A stretch of 47,813 bases of DNA, taken from IMG/VR virus record IMGVR_UViG_3300037424_000492, positions 1 to 47,813 of that record; one strand, given 5' to 3'. The notes under the pieces are model-generated. The model was not told where the DNA came from. It was given only the letters and a program-made list of their open reading frames with translations, and ran no database searches. The stretch is from a virus (taxonomy: Duplodnaviria > Caudoviricetes). The position numbers and the translations under genes are program-made. Below are positions 26,817 through 36,142 of this stretch, piece after piece. Each line of letters begins with the position of its first letter. Within the stretch, counting starts at the first letter, position 1.

Positions 26817-26996
26817 ATGAATCAAACTCAGAAACGGGCGGCCCGGGGCCGCCCCCCTGCTGTTAACCCAAAGAAACGCCATAACGTCATGCTGCGGAAA
26901 GAGATTGCGAATTTCATCCGCAGTATCAGCGCAGGCAACCTGTCGGCGGGCATTGAATTGCTCGCCAAATTCTGGAAGGAACAAAAAGGAGCGTAA
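26817..26996 (+). CDS. 59-aa ribbon-helix-helix-like DNA-binding protein
   Basis: My translation contains RGRPP...KKRHNVML...GNLSAGIELL. Confidence 0.6.
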   Translation: MNQTQKRAARGRPPAVNPKKRHNVMLRKEIANFIRSISAGNLSAGIELLAKFWKEQKGA

Positions 26997-26997
26997 C

Positions 26998-27843
26998 ATG
27001 CAAACATCGTTCATAGAAACTTCATACACAGAAAGAAAAGCCTCCATGCTCAACGATGACGGGTGGTCCGTCAAAGGCTGCTCATACATCTATGCTCCGC
27101 GCGGTCAGGCGGGTGAGTATGCCAAGCTCGCAACCAATCCGTACCGAGGATGCGGGCATAAATGTTCGTATTGTTACGTTCCGAAGGTCTTGAAAATGGA
27201 TCGCCGCGAATTTGATAACGGCGCAGTGCCACGGCCAAGCTTTATCGATAATCTTCGCAAAGATGCCAGAAAGTATCAAACTGCTGGCATTCACGAGCAA
27301 GTCATGCTTTCGTTCACAACCGATCCGTTCAATCCCTACGATATGAGCTTGACCCGTCCGACTATCGAAACTCTCATCCATCACGGCTTGGCATTCTGCA
27401 CGCTGACCAAAGGCGGGGCCAGGGCTTTGGATTTCATGGATCTGTTTCGCCCAGGTCGGGATGCTTTTGCCAGTACGCTCACTAGCCTGGATTGGTCGTT
27501 TTCTCTCAAATGGGAGCGCGGCGCGGCTTTGCCGGAAGAGCGGATAGAGACGCTCAAGAAATTCCACGATCACGGGATTTTTACGTGGGTCAGCCTGGAG
27601 CCTACCCTGAGCGCAGAATCCAGCCTGCAAATCGTTCGAGAGACTCATGAATTCGTTGATTTGTACAAAGTTGGCCGCGCGAATTACCTGCCCATGACCG
27701 GCACGACTGATTGGGAAAGTTATACCCACCGGATGATTGAACTCTTGCAGAAGGTCGGCGCAAAACATTACATCAAACATGATCTTCAAAGATATTTGCC
27801 TGAGGGCTATCATAATCCGAAGTACATCCATCAGCACAATTAA
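26998..27843 (+). CDS. Radical SAM protein (SplB/COG1533-like)
   Basis: NPYRGCGHKCSYCY CxxxCxxC motif; SFTTDPF; LTKG; WVSLEP. Confidence 0.9.
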   Translation: MQTSFIETSYTERKASMLNDDGWSVKGCSYIYAPRGQAGEYAKLATNPYRGCGHKCSYCYVPKVLKMDRREFDNGAVPRPSFIDNLRKDARKYQTAGIHEQVMLSFTTDPFNPYDMSLTRPTIETLIHHGLAFCTLTKGGARALDFMDLFRPGRDAFASTLTSLDWSFSLKWERGAALPEERIETLKKFHDHGIFTWVSLEPTLSAESSLQIVRETHEFVDLYKVGRANYLPMTGTTDWESYTHRMIELLQKVGAKHYIKHDLQRYLPEGYHNPKYIHQHN

Positions 27844-28366
27844 AAACCAGATAGTGCTTTCGTCCTTTGGAGCGGTGTGCAATTCGCTGCACTCCATGAG
27901 ACGAAAGCCAATCTAAAAAATATTCCCAGCCCGACCGGTAAAACAAGGTCGGGCATTTTTCTATCATTTCTTGTTTAATTCCAATATCCACAAGCAAGCC
28001 ATGCGGGATAACACCAAAGACAGATTGGATAAACGTTACAAAAACAATTCCTTTATATCCACGTTCGAACAATAGCTTTAATTGCTCGTAAGGCACGCCG
28101 TAAGCATCCAGATCAATCATATCAAATTTATTTAAGTCCATAGATTGCAAATAGGCCAGGTTATTACCCGGTAGATGAAAGCCGATACCATCTTTGAAAT
28201 CAATGGACAATCGCTTAATTTTAACATCTGTGAGCGAAGCGACATTTTTCCAAACCATCCCCTTTCCAGCATAGCAGTCCAAAAGATAGATCGTATCTTT
28301 TTTTGGAAGATGATTGACTCGGATATAAACTTTATCAGCCAGATAACTGTTGTCAGTTCGCACCAT
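27773..28366 (-). CDS. SAM-dependent methyltransferase-like protein
   Basis: LLDCYAGKG (motif I) and DMIDLDAYGVP (Trm1/TcmP-like motif IV). Confidence 0.7.
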   Translation of the reverse strand: MVRTDNSYLADKVYIRVNHLPKKDTIYLLDCYAGKGMVWKNVASLTDVKIKRLSIDFKDGIGFHLPGNNLAYLQSMDLNKFDMIDLDAYGVPYEQLKLLFERGYKGIVFVTFIQSVFGVIPHGLLVDIGIKQEMIEKCPTLFYRSGWEYFLDWLSSHGVQRIAHRSKGRKHYLVFNCADGCTSDYDSPQANIFEDHV

Positions 28367-28979
28367 AGACCACCTCTATGCCTGGCATTTTTTCGATTTC
28401 CGTTATCTGCTCACGTACATCCAGTACGGATTCAACGCTATTTTCTAAATCGACTGAAATCAAGATGTGTAATAATTTTCTTGGTCTGATTTCCTGGCTT
28501 ATTTCATCTAGTTTTTCTTTATCATCAAAACTGGATGCTTCTATAAATTCGCTGAGATTCTGAAAATCATTGCTCCATGTGTCTAATAGATCAGTGCCAA
28601 ATCCGAAGTTTCCCATGTCAGGCCAGCTATTTGCAAGTACGTCCCAATCCCACGCGCCACCCTCCAGGTTCGCCGCAATATTGGCTTCTCTGGCCGTCTG
28701 TTCATCCCAATTGACCAGCCTGTAGGCATAACGCTTATCCTGCCAAATAATAAAGCCGTGCGCGAGCGTGCCTTGTTCGTCTGGCTGCTCATATCGCTCC
28801 ACGATAACAGGCTCCGAGCCTTCGCCAAATATCACCATGCGCTGGTTGCCGCCAATGATACTGTCGTCTCGTTGGTTGTGGACCACGCCGGACAAGTCAC
28901 CCAAGCGCGCGAGCTTATCCCGCAGCCGCGTAAGCTGTTTTGATGTGATTTGGCGCGGGTTCGATGCGTAATGTTTCAT
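28353..28979 (-). CDS. ParB/Srx-like N-terminal domain protein
   Basis: NPRQI...IIGGNQR...ANIAAN...GAWDWDVL. Confidence 0.8.
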   Translation of the reverse strand: MKHYASNPRQITSKQLTRLRDKLARLGDLSGVVHNQRDDSIIGGNQRMVIFGEGSEPVIVERYEQPDEQGTLAHGFIIWQDKRYAYRLVNWDEQTAREANIAANLEGGAWDWDVLANSWPDMGNFGFGTDLLDTWSNDFQNLSEFIEASSFDDKEKLDEISQEIRPRKLLHILISVDLENSVESVLDVREQITEIEKMPGIEVVYGAN

Positions 28980-29086
28980 CCTACCCCAGCCCAATCACCA
29001 GCACCACCCCCGCCACAACGCCCAAAAATAATATCGCAGATGCGAGCATCAACAGACACCCCCGAAGCGAGCACGGCATCATCGGT

Positions 29087-29269
29087 TCAGTTTTCATTTT
29101 TCACCATTTCAGGCTCTTTTCCGTTGACTTTCTCTGGTATCGGCTTTGGCGTGACGGCCTCCGCTATCACATTCCACGCCTGTACTGCGTTCGCACAATC
29201 CTGGATTGACAGGCCGGGCTTTGTTACCAAAACTTGCATCAAAAACTGTAGAGCTTGCTGAGGATCCAT
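29087..29269 (-). CDS. Small protein following the fibre gene
   Basis: MDPQQALQFL; RBS present. Confidence 0.6.
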   Translation of the reverse strand: MDPQQALQFLMQVLVTKPGLSIQDCANAVQAWNVIAEAVTPKPIPEKVNGKEPEMVKNEN

Positions 29270-29282
29270 TTGCTCCTGCTTT

Positions 29283-29576
29283 CTATGATTTGATCTTATA
29301 CAACGCCTGTTTGTAGGTCGTTCCACCTGTAGACGTGCCGTTCAGGAACGTTTGCAACGCGGGGATGATGACGCCTAATTTGTTGATCGTTGCCCCGTCC
29401 ACGTGTTTGATGGAACTGTTCGCCAGCGCAGCGTCGAAGGCAGTCATATTGATTCCCGCCTGCGTTGCCTGGGTGAGAACGTCTTCCAGTTCTTCGAAGG
29501 CTTCGATAAATGCGGTGGTCTGTTGTACTGCTTTGTCTGCGATGGTGAGTGCGACATTGGTTTGATCTATTGCCAT
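29283..29576 (-). CDS. Helical protein following the fibre gene (chaperone-like position)
   Basis: AGGAG RBS; 97 aa. Confidence 0.65.
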   Translation of the reverse strand: MAIDQTNVALTIADKAVQQTTAFIEAFEELEDVLTQATQAGINMTAFDAALANSSIKHVDGATINKLGVIIPALQTFLNGTSTGGTTYKQALYKIKS

Positions 29577-29588
29577 TCGTAATCTCCT

Positions 29589-31982
29589 CTACATTCCCAT
29601 TGCAAAAATATTGAGTGAATGTACCGTGCAATCATCTGCGTCAGTGGTATTGCCAACGTACAATTCCAGATAATCGTTAGTTGCTAATGATACCATTACG
29701 TGCATAGCGGTGCTGCGTATCCCGGATGCAGTAGTAGCCTGAATCAGGACTTTTGATTCTGCTAACACTATTCCGGTCTTGGCTACACCAAACACAAATG
29801 TGTCATTGGCGCTCGCAGGCGCAATGCTGATAGTGCAAGCTACATGGAATGTCCGCGTAGTTGCTCCGATATAGCGCAAACGCCCGTCGTCTGCACCGCC
29901 ATTATCGAATTCCTTATCATTGCTGAACGTGGTGGCCGGAGCGGCTTTTACCATATTCGTACTGCCGTCAGACTGCGTCGCAATCACAACTGCCGTGCCG
30001 GTCATGTCGAAGTAGCTTATCTCCCCCATCGGCAACATCAAGCGGGTATCGAAAAACGCCTCGCCGCCAGACGCGCGTAAACCAAGATTAGAAAGCAGCG
30101 TGTCAATCGCAGTGTTATTTGCCTGTTGAACAACTGTAGTCACGCCAAAGAAACCAAGTTTTGCCGCTGTCCCGCTGGCTTCAATCTCGATACCCAACCG
30201 CGCCGCCGTGTCGTATGCGCTCAGGCTCATCTTGGCCTTGCGGGTTGCATTCGTAGCATCGATCCAACTGGTGCTGATTAGCCCGGCGTTTTGATTTGTC
30301 CCTGTTGTAGCCGTCTCTAATACAAACAACTGCGCTACACCAAAGCCAGCGGCGGGTGTTCCTGTTGATTCGGCCCGCAAAATTCCCACATTCACAATCG
30401 TATTCGTTGCCGCTGTTTCCTGCACGATACTAGTCACAGCATTTAGGCGGAGCGTTTGGGAAGCAGGGGTTTCTGCCATTACTCCGTAAATTATGGCGCT
30501 GCTAATTTCAACCGCCGCGCTTGCTCTAATGGCAGCAACGGCATCGAGAACCAACACCGAACTGGCAGTTTGTCTAGCTCCTGCATTATTTCCGATAAAG
30601 ATACAATAATTTTGCAGGGTGGTGTAGTAACCCGCGTTGACTCCAATACCAACATTTCCAGAACCAATACATGAATACAGTGCACTTGACCCCATTGCCA
30701 TATTATTAGTAAAACTCGTCCCGGTTCCAAGCCGCAACGCCTGCGCCCCCATTGCCATATTTCCGCTGCCGTTGACACACGCAAAAAGTGCGTTAAAACC
30801 TATTGCTGCATTGTATTGTCCAGTCGTGCAACTATATAAAGCTGCTCGTCCAATCGCCGTATTTTGAGTACCGTTAGTGAGTGACGCCAGCGCATATGCG
30901 CCTATGCCCGTCGCGTATGTGGCGGTTGCGGCTGGATTACCAGCTAACGGCCCGACAAATAAGTTTTCAGCAGTTGTACCTAGATTTGCATAAAATCTGC
31001 CCGCGTTCGTCACTCCCGCCAAAACCGTAGCTCCGCTTTTTATTTGCCACGCGTCTGCTGTTGTGGATTTATTGATTGTCAATCCAACGACATCAGTTGC
31101 AGGCGTTATGGTCTGTGCCGCCGTAAACACATTCGCCGTAGCCAACAATGCCGCCGTCCCCGTAGCCGGTACGGTCAGCGTAAATCCGCCCAGCGCCACA
31201 GTTCCCCCGCCTGTGATAGATGTCGCAGCCCCCAGCGTGAGTGTTGAGCCTGCAAGATTGGCAACGCCCGTCCCGCCCAGGTTGGCGGCGAGCGGGAAGG
31301 TAAGCGCCGCCTGTTTGGCCGAGAATGTGTCCCAATCCGTACCGGATAATGCACCTGTCACGCCGGACGAAGCAAGCGCGAGAGACAACACCTGGCCGAG
31401 CAGCGACAGGCCGTTAGCGGGTGCGCCGAGCGTAACATCTCCCGTGTTTGTGCCGCTTAGATTGCCCAGGTCGGTGATGTTCTGCGATGTGATGTTTGCT
31501 GCCTGAGACGCAAGAAATACCGGGTCCGTCTCAGCCGTGAGATATGCGCCAATCGGCTGGTAGGTGCTCGCGGCCGTCCCAGGCGTGAGATAGTCTACAT
31601 CTGCGGTAAGCGCATCCTGCTTGCTGTTGAATGTGCTCCAATTTGCGCTTGATAACGCGCCGGCAACACTAGCAGACGCAAGCGCGATGGACAACACTTG
31701 GCCTGCTACGCTCAAGCCATTGGCGGGTGTACCGATAGTCAACGCAACGTGAGAATTCGGGTCAAGCGCCGACACTGAAACAGTGATCGGGGTAGATGTT
31801 ACCGCCGCCGCAATAGATGAATTTGTAACAGCAGCCGAGACAGGCGTAGAGCCTACAGACGCGGTAACAGTCGTCTCAGATACAGCGGCCGTGACGGGAG
31901 ACTCAGTCACCGCAGCAGCAACCGTTGTTTCTGTTACCGCCGGGGCAATGACTGTCTCTGTGATCGTCGCCGTTACTGTCAT
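29589..31982 (-). CDS. Long fibre/adhesin with YadA-like head repeats
   Basis: NTAIG/NAAIG/NMAMG repeats; duplicated ANGLS...GALS..W.TF..KQ module; T/V/A-rich N-terminus. Confidence 0.8.
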   Translation of the reverse strand: MTVTATITETVIAPAVTETTVAAAVTESPVTAAVSETTVTASVGSTPVSAAVTNSSIAAAVTSTPITVSVSALDPNSHVALTIGTPANGLSVAGQVLSIALASASVAGALSSANWSTFNSKQDALTADVDYLTPGTAASTYQPIGAYLTAETDPVFLASQAANITSQNITDLGNLSGTNTGDVTLGAPANGLSLLGQVLSLALASSGVTGALSGTDWDTFSAKQAALTFPLAANLGGTGVANLAGSTLTLGAATSITGGGTVALGGFTLTVPATGTAALLATANVFTAAQTITPATDVVGLTINKSTTADAWQIKSGATVLAGVTNAGRFYANLGTTAENLFVGPLAGNPAATATYATGIGAYALASLTNGTQNTAIGRAALYSCTTGQYNAAIGFNALFACVNGSGNMAMGAQALRLGTGTSFTNNMAMGSSALYSCIGSGNVGIGVNAGYYTTLQNYCIFIGNNAGARQTASSVLVLDAVAAIRASAAVEISSAIIYGVMAETPASQTLRLNAVTSIVQETAATNTIVNVGILRAESTGTPAAGFGVAQLFVLETATTGTNQNAGLISTSWIDATNATRKAKMSLSAYDTAARLGIEIEASGTAAKLGFFGVTTVVQQANNTAIDTLLSNLGLRASGGEAFFDTRLMLPMGEISYFDMTGTAVVIATQSDGSTNMVKAAPATTFSNDKEFDNGGADDGRLRYIGATTRTFHVACTISIAPASANDTFVFGVAKTGIVLAESKVLIQATTASGIRSTAMHVMVSLATNDYLELYVGNTTDADDCTVHSLNIFAMGM

Positions 31983-31983
31983 T

Positions 31984-32298
31984 TTATGGATATGGCTTGA
32001 CTATGAATGTCCCGGCTAATACGCGCCGGGTACTGGTCCCGATCGTCCAGGCCAAGTACCAGCGGTGCGAACCAGAACCAATAGTAGTGATCTGTGCATC
32101 GGTCAAGCCAATAGTAATCTGTCCTGTGGCAAGGCTAGTATTAGCGACAGTCATATCGGTAGTCGTTGCGCCATGTTCCACTTTGGCAACAAATGTATAG
32201 CCCGTCAACACAACGTCAAAATCAATCAACTGCGACAGGTCATCCCCCAATCCAATTTCTATATTTAGTTCACCAGGTATTTGCTGAAAATCAGCCAT
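31984..32298 (-). CDS. BppU-N-like fibre adaptor
   Basis: LNIEIGLGDD...LTGYT...GQITIGLTDAQ...VLAGTFIV; directly upstream of the fibre gene. Confidence 0.65.
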   Translation of the reverse strand: MADFQQIPGELNIEIGLGDDLSQLIDFDVVLTGYTFVAKVEHGATTTDMTVANTSLATGQITIGLTDAQITTIGSGSHRWYLAWTIGTSTRRVLAGTFIVKPYP

Positions 32299-32332
32299 TC
32301 GTTTTCTCCCAGCGGCCCCCGCTCGCCGCTTG

Positions 32333-32863
32333 CTATTCCTTCTGCCAGTTCGCTTCTGGCACCGGCAGCACTGGCACCCAATCACTTTGCGGGATATGCA
32401 ACACAAAATCATGCTGCCCGCCGGTATGCCCGCGCTGCTCTAAAATAAAATACCATTCGTTTTCAGTCGTCAGGCCAAACACCTGGCTGCCCTGGATACA
32501 CAGCTCCACGAATGTTACTTCCTTCACTCCATCCAATATCGTGCCGAATGGCAACGCTGGCAACTCACGGACAAATTCAGTCTCTATCGCCGCGATCCCG
32601 CCGGGGCAAGCGGTGGGAATGGCAAGCCTGCCGATATTTGGGTTGACTTTGCCATAATAGGACTCTTTGTCCGCATTGTTCCCGCATACCCCTTGCAGAT
32701 ACCACCTATCCGGCGCGTCATGGTAATTGCTCCACTCCGGCGGGCGGCCAATGTCCTGGCACTCGAACAGTGTCCATTGCCGCCACTCGCCGAGCTTACG
32801 CAAGAGCGCGCCACCGGTAAGCAGGAAGTTATAGATATTCACTCCGGGCGGGCGGACGGCCAT
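32333..32863 (-). CDS. Hypothetical protein
   Basis: AAAGGAG RBS; 176 aa. Confidence 0.6.
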   Translation of the reverse strand: MAVRPPGVNIYNFLLTGGALLRKLGEWRQWTLFECQDIGRPPEWSNYHDAPDRWYLQGVCGNNADKESYYGKVNPNIGRLAIPTACPGGIAAIETEFVRELPALPFGTILDGVKEVTFVELCIQGSQVFGLTTENEWYFILEQRGHTGGQHDFVLHIPQSDWVPVLPVPEANWQKE

Positions 32864-32919
32864 AGGAACTCCTTTGCTTTGAAAAGGCAATAATATACTT
32901 GATACATAAGGGGATTTTT

Positions 32920-33192
32920 CTATTCTATCTCCTCCTCAACCGACATAGCTGGGGCTGGGACAGGAACAAAGAGAGAGAAGTCAACATAATATTCCTTGCC
33001 AACTTCAAACAATTCATCGCGGATCGAACTAAGTTCGATCCCGCCCGATGGAGTCCACTTCCAAAACGTCTTATTTTCATCGCTGCCACTCGTAACGGCG
33101 CTGAATTTATAGTTGTATATAAATGGGTCGGGGCTACTTGTCATTTTGGTGACAGAGTGACAATAGAATTTTGCTCTAACTGCTTGATTCAT
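32920..33192 (-). CDS. Conserved phage hypothetical protein
   Basis: VRAKF...ENKTFWKWTPSG...GKEYYVDF motif. Confidence 0.75.
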   Translation of the reverse strand: MNQAVRAKFYCHSVTKMTSSPDPFIYNYKFSAVTSGSDENKTFWKWTPSGGIELSSIRDELFEVGKEYYVDFSLFVPVPAPAMSVEEEIE

Positions 33193-33206
33193 TTTGTGTC
33201 CTTTCG

Positions 33207-33671
33207 TTAGTTGTTAGTCAAATATGTTATTGCTCGCGCGAATAACTTTGCTAAAAATGCCAAGATCGCGTTAGCTTTGCTATCACGCCAGCCAAAGCCT
33301 GGCGTGTTGAATAGTTCGTGTTGCCGAGGAGTCATACCGGAGAAAAAGTACACATCCCAACCGTAGTTCAGATCTTCCGGCCAGAATACAAATTTGGTGA
33401 ATTGATCTACGCGGTAATCGTGCGTGTCTTCCCGATAGTAATATCGGCGCGGCGCGTACAATTCGTTCGTCATTTGGATTGTTTGCTTGACTAACGTCCG
33501 CGCTTGCCCCCAGCCCAGGTCGTCATGGACCACATACACAAACGTGTCCCCAGGCAATACGCGCGTACCGGATGCTGGCTCTCCCACCGGCACGGGCTGC
33601 GCGGACGGCGGCACTTCGCCTGTCGGGATGTATTCTTGCGAGTAAGGGCCGTAACTGATGAGTACGCTCAT
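33207..33671 (-). CDS. Hypothetical protein
   Basis: 154-aa ORF. Confidence 0.6.
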   Translation of the reverse strand: MSVLISYGPYSQEYIPTGEVPPSAQPVPVGEPASGTRVLPGDTFVYVVHDDLGWGQARTLVKQTIQMTNELYAPRRYYYREDTHDYRVDQFTKFVFWPEDLNYGWDVYFFSGMTPRQHELFNTPGFGWRDSKANAILAFLAKLFARAITYLTNN

Positions 33672-33676
33672 AATAC

Positions 33677-33916
33677 TTACTCTTGACTGTTGACTATCTT
33701 AAGCATTTTATCGGCTTCATCCCTGTCGCTGGGTTTCATGTTTTCGGGAAGTTGATCGTAAGGCGTATTCATCTGGAATGACCAACGCTCCACCAAAGGA
33801 GCGGGAATAGTTATGGAGCCATCCAAATTTTGAATAGACTTACTGAACATATATTTCATCCAGCTAGACCATGCTTCGTGAGCATAAGCTGCCAATTTCT
33901 CCCTGGTATCATTCAT
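33677..33916 (-). CDS. RyR-domain-like small phage protein
   Basis: AHEAWSSW...TPYDQLPE.MK.SDR motif. Confidence 0.65.
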   Translation of the reverse strand: MNDTREKLAAYAHEAWSSWMKYMFSKSIQNLDGSITIPAPLVERWSFQMNTPYDQLPENMKPSDRDEADKMLKIVNSQE

Positions 33917-33917
33917 T

Positions 33918-34244
33918 TCAGCCTACTTTCTTTACATAATCCTGCGTTGTAAAAACTTGCCCATCTTTTAGCCACTTCATCGTGAACTCATCCGGCGGCG
34001 GCAGGCTCGGCGGCTGCGTAGGCGGATCTTCCGGAATGGTAACAATCTCGATATAAATCCGCTCAACGCAGAACTTCCTTTGCGGGTCTAATGTCCATAG
34101 CGGAGAGTTTATTACAACCTTCTCCCCCAATACCGTACCGAGTGTTACGTTCGATCTTTTTTCAGTGGGCACCGCCCCCCAGGGTCTCATCCCATCGGGC
34201 GAGTAGGCCATCGCCCCCGGTTTGATATTGTTTATCATCGCCAT
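33918..34244 (-). CDS. Hypothetical protein, first gene of a putative late operon
   Basis: Tandem AAGGAG RBS; TG-G-TATAAT at 34283-34275. Confidence 0.65.
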   Translation of the reverse strand: MAMINNIKPGAMAYSPDGMRPWGAVPTEKRSNVTLGTVLGEKVVINSPLWTLDPQRKFCVERIYIEIVTIPEDPPTQPPSLPPPDEFTMKWLKDGQVFTTQDYVKKVG

Positions 34245-34383
34245 ACCACACTCCTTACTCCTTGATATGGCAACATTATACCATCTACCCCGCGCTTTGC
34301 AGGATCAGCGTGCATAAACAAATCAACACGATTGCAACGATACCCAAGCCTACCTCAAGATATTTATTGCGCATGGCCCGCTC

Positions 34384-34605
34384 CTATTCCCGCCGCGCGG
34401 CGGATTCGCTGGCTTCTAGCATCCTGTCCAACACATTGCTGTTTCGCAGGTGACGTTGCGCAATTCGATGCAAGTGCGGAGCGGCAATCGAGCCCACTTC
34501 GTCCGCGTGTAACGCCTGGACATGAGTAATCAGCGCCGCGCACGTTTGATGATTGGCTTCATCGTTGACGTTGATCGGTTTTTGTTTCGGTTTGAATAAA
34601 CTCAT
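34384..34605 (-). CDS. Hypothetical protein
   Basis: AGGAG RBS; 73 aa. Confidence 0.55.
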   Translation of the reverse strand: MSLFKPKQKPINVNDEANHQTCAALITHVQALHADEVGSIAAPHLHRIAQRHLRNSNVLDRMLEASESAARRE

Positions 34606-34608
34606 CGC

Positions 34609-34800
34609 TCAACTCCTCTCCCGTCCAACTCGAGTTAACTCATGTTGTAATCGCGGTATCCAGCAATCTAAATTGTGGCGTTCAGCATCACCCCACCAGG
34701 TAGCATCACAAACATGGCAGCGATGATACGCATACTGACTGTTCGGTGCAGATACCTTTTGATACCATTCTAATATTTCTTGCAATAGTTCTGTATTCAT
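34609..34800 (-). CDS. Small Cys/His protein
   Basis: CHVC...H...C; ATGA coupling. Confidence 0.6.
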   Translation of the reverse strand: MNTELLQEILEWYQKVSAPNSQYAYHRCHVCDATWWGDAERHNLDCWIPRLQHELTRVGRERS

Positions 34801-35336
34801 CGCTCAACCTTCTTCTCACCGTCAATGATTGGCTCAAAACTCACACTATATCCAGCAATCTTTTTATGGCTCCGCTGGTGCGCGTTCAATGCTGGCTGAG
34901 AACCGAAACTTCTACCACATCCACAGGGATATTTATCTAAATTCATTTGCGGACTAGCAGCGTAATACATGGTAGCCCTATCTTTCCAATAAATATTATC
35001 CATCATTAGAGTAGCAATCTTTCTGTCTTTCGCGTCCATTTCTGGCACGAAGGCTACTGCTGACCATCCAGGACTTGACAATACCCATACTGGCATCGGG
35101 CAATCTTGCCAATCATGTTCCCAGCAAATAATTAAATCACACTCTAACGGATTATGTCTATGAGTATAAAACGATGAAGATTTGAATTCAAATTCGGCCC
35201 TGATAATTTCCCCATCTTCAAGGTTGCGGATCTTTACATCCGGGAATGCCGCTTGAATTTCCAAAATCTCCCATCCTGCCTCTTTGCAATGCTCTGCAAA
35301 TTCTACAATCACGCCCATTTCATTTGTTGCTTCCAT
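34797..35336 (-). CDS. PD-(D/E)XK-like endonuclease with C-terminal C2H2-type finger
   Basis: FPD...RAEFEFKSSSF..H.H...CDLIICWEHDW; CGCGRSFGSQPALNAHQRSH. Confidence 0.7.
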   Translation of the reverse strand: MEATNEMGVIVEFAEHCKEAGWEILEIQAAFPDVKIRNLEDGEIIRAEFEFKSSSFYTHRHNPLECDLIICWEHDWQDCPMPVWVLSSPGWSAVAFVPEMDAKDRKIATLMMDNIYWKDRATMYYAASPQMNLDKYPCGCGRSFGSQPALNAHQRSHKKIAGYSVSFEPIIDGEKKVER

Positions 35337-35345
35337 GATAACTCC

Positions 35346-35471
35346 AAATAAAAAGCGGCTACCGAGAAATCGAGTGTTTGCTGAAGACACAAGCTCGGAA
35401 ACCGCTTTTTATTCTCGATGTTCTTATGTCTTCAGCAAACACATTTTATCATCGATTGCTTTCCAGGTCAA
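35346..35471 (-). promoter_or_regulatory. Promoter plus antisense-loop/hairpin leader A
   Basis: TTGACC-17-TAAAAT; 16-bp inverted repeat 35427-35442/35374-35389; AATAAAAAGCGG/CCGCTTTTTATT hairpin. Confidence 0.75.
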
Positions 35472-36015
35472 CAGCAATCGGCTTATACACACATCCCCGC
35501 GCGTGTGCATTCGCTGCATTCTGGCTTCCAAATTTATGCGAACAGCCAGCGCCCGCATAGCGACAAACATAATCCGCTTTTATTCGCTTTGCGGATTTTC
35601 CTTTCTTGTTGTCTTCGCTTTGCGGCTTGCTTACCGGCTTCTCTGCTGGCATCAGCGAACGATCTACCAAAGCGCCCAGCACCAAAACAAGAGAGATTGC
35701 AAAAGAAGCGCCGTAAGCAATGATATAAGACTTAACGCTCATCTCGATATAATTTGCGTTGCCAAGTACCAACGGCTCTACAACCATCAGCAGAAAGAGC
35801 AATCCCCAGCCCGTCTCTCTAGCACGTTTAGATTGAACACGCGGTAGAAGATTTGCAGACTTGACAGTCAGTCCCACAATTGCAATCCCGGCGGGAATGC
35901 CGCCGATATATATCCAGATACCACCAAGCAGCAATTTGAATACGTTGATCCAGATTACGCCTTGCGCGATCGCGGCAAAGGCAATCAAAATGTAAGAAAA
36001 TTTGAAACGCTTCAT
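35449..36015 (-). CDS. 4-TM membrane protein with C-terminal Zn finger
   Basis: Four hydrophobic segments; C..C.HKFGSQNAANAH..C. Confidence 0.7.
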   Translation of the reverse strand: MKRFKFSYILIAFAAIAQGVIWINVFKLLLGGIWIYIGGIPAGIAIVGLTVKSANLLPRVQSKRARETGWGLLFLLMVVEPLVLGNANYIEMSVKSYIIAYGASFAISLVLVLGALVDRSLMPAEKPVSKPQSEDNKKGKSAKRIKADYVCRYAGAGCSHKFGSQNAANAHARGCVYKPIAVDLESNR

Positions 36016-36142
36016 CGCTTCCACTCTCCAAACAACAGCGGCAACCCGACGCCCACCAGGACGGCAAGCAAGACAGTGAGCGCAATACATAGCGCCGGTG
36101 CGCACGGAATAAATAGCAGCATCCACAACAACTCTTGCTCAG

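Noticed and set aside
26217-27897. Minus-strand ORFs 26217-27089 and 27082-27897
   Set aside because: They overlap the well-supported plus-strand promoter, RHH-like and radical SAM genes and have no recognisable motifs.
28982-29097. Small membrane-peptide gene before ParB
   Set aside because: A hydrophobic frame exists but lacks a convincing in-frame start; it may be a frameshifted remnant.
32333-33671. One gene split by insertion of 32920-33192
   Set aside because: Possible, but I found no junction repeat and the downstream ORF has its own strong RBS.
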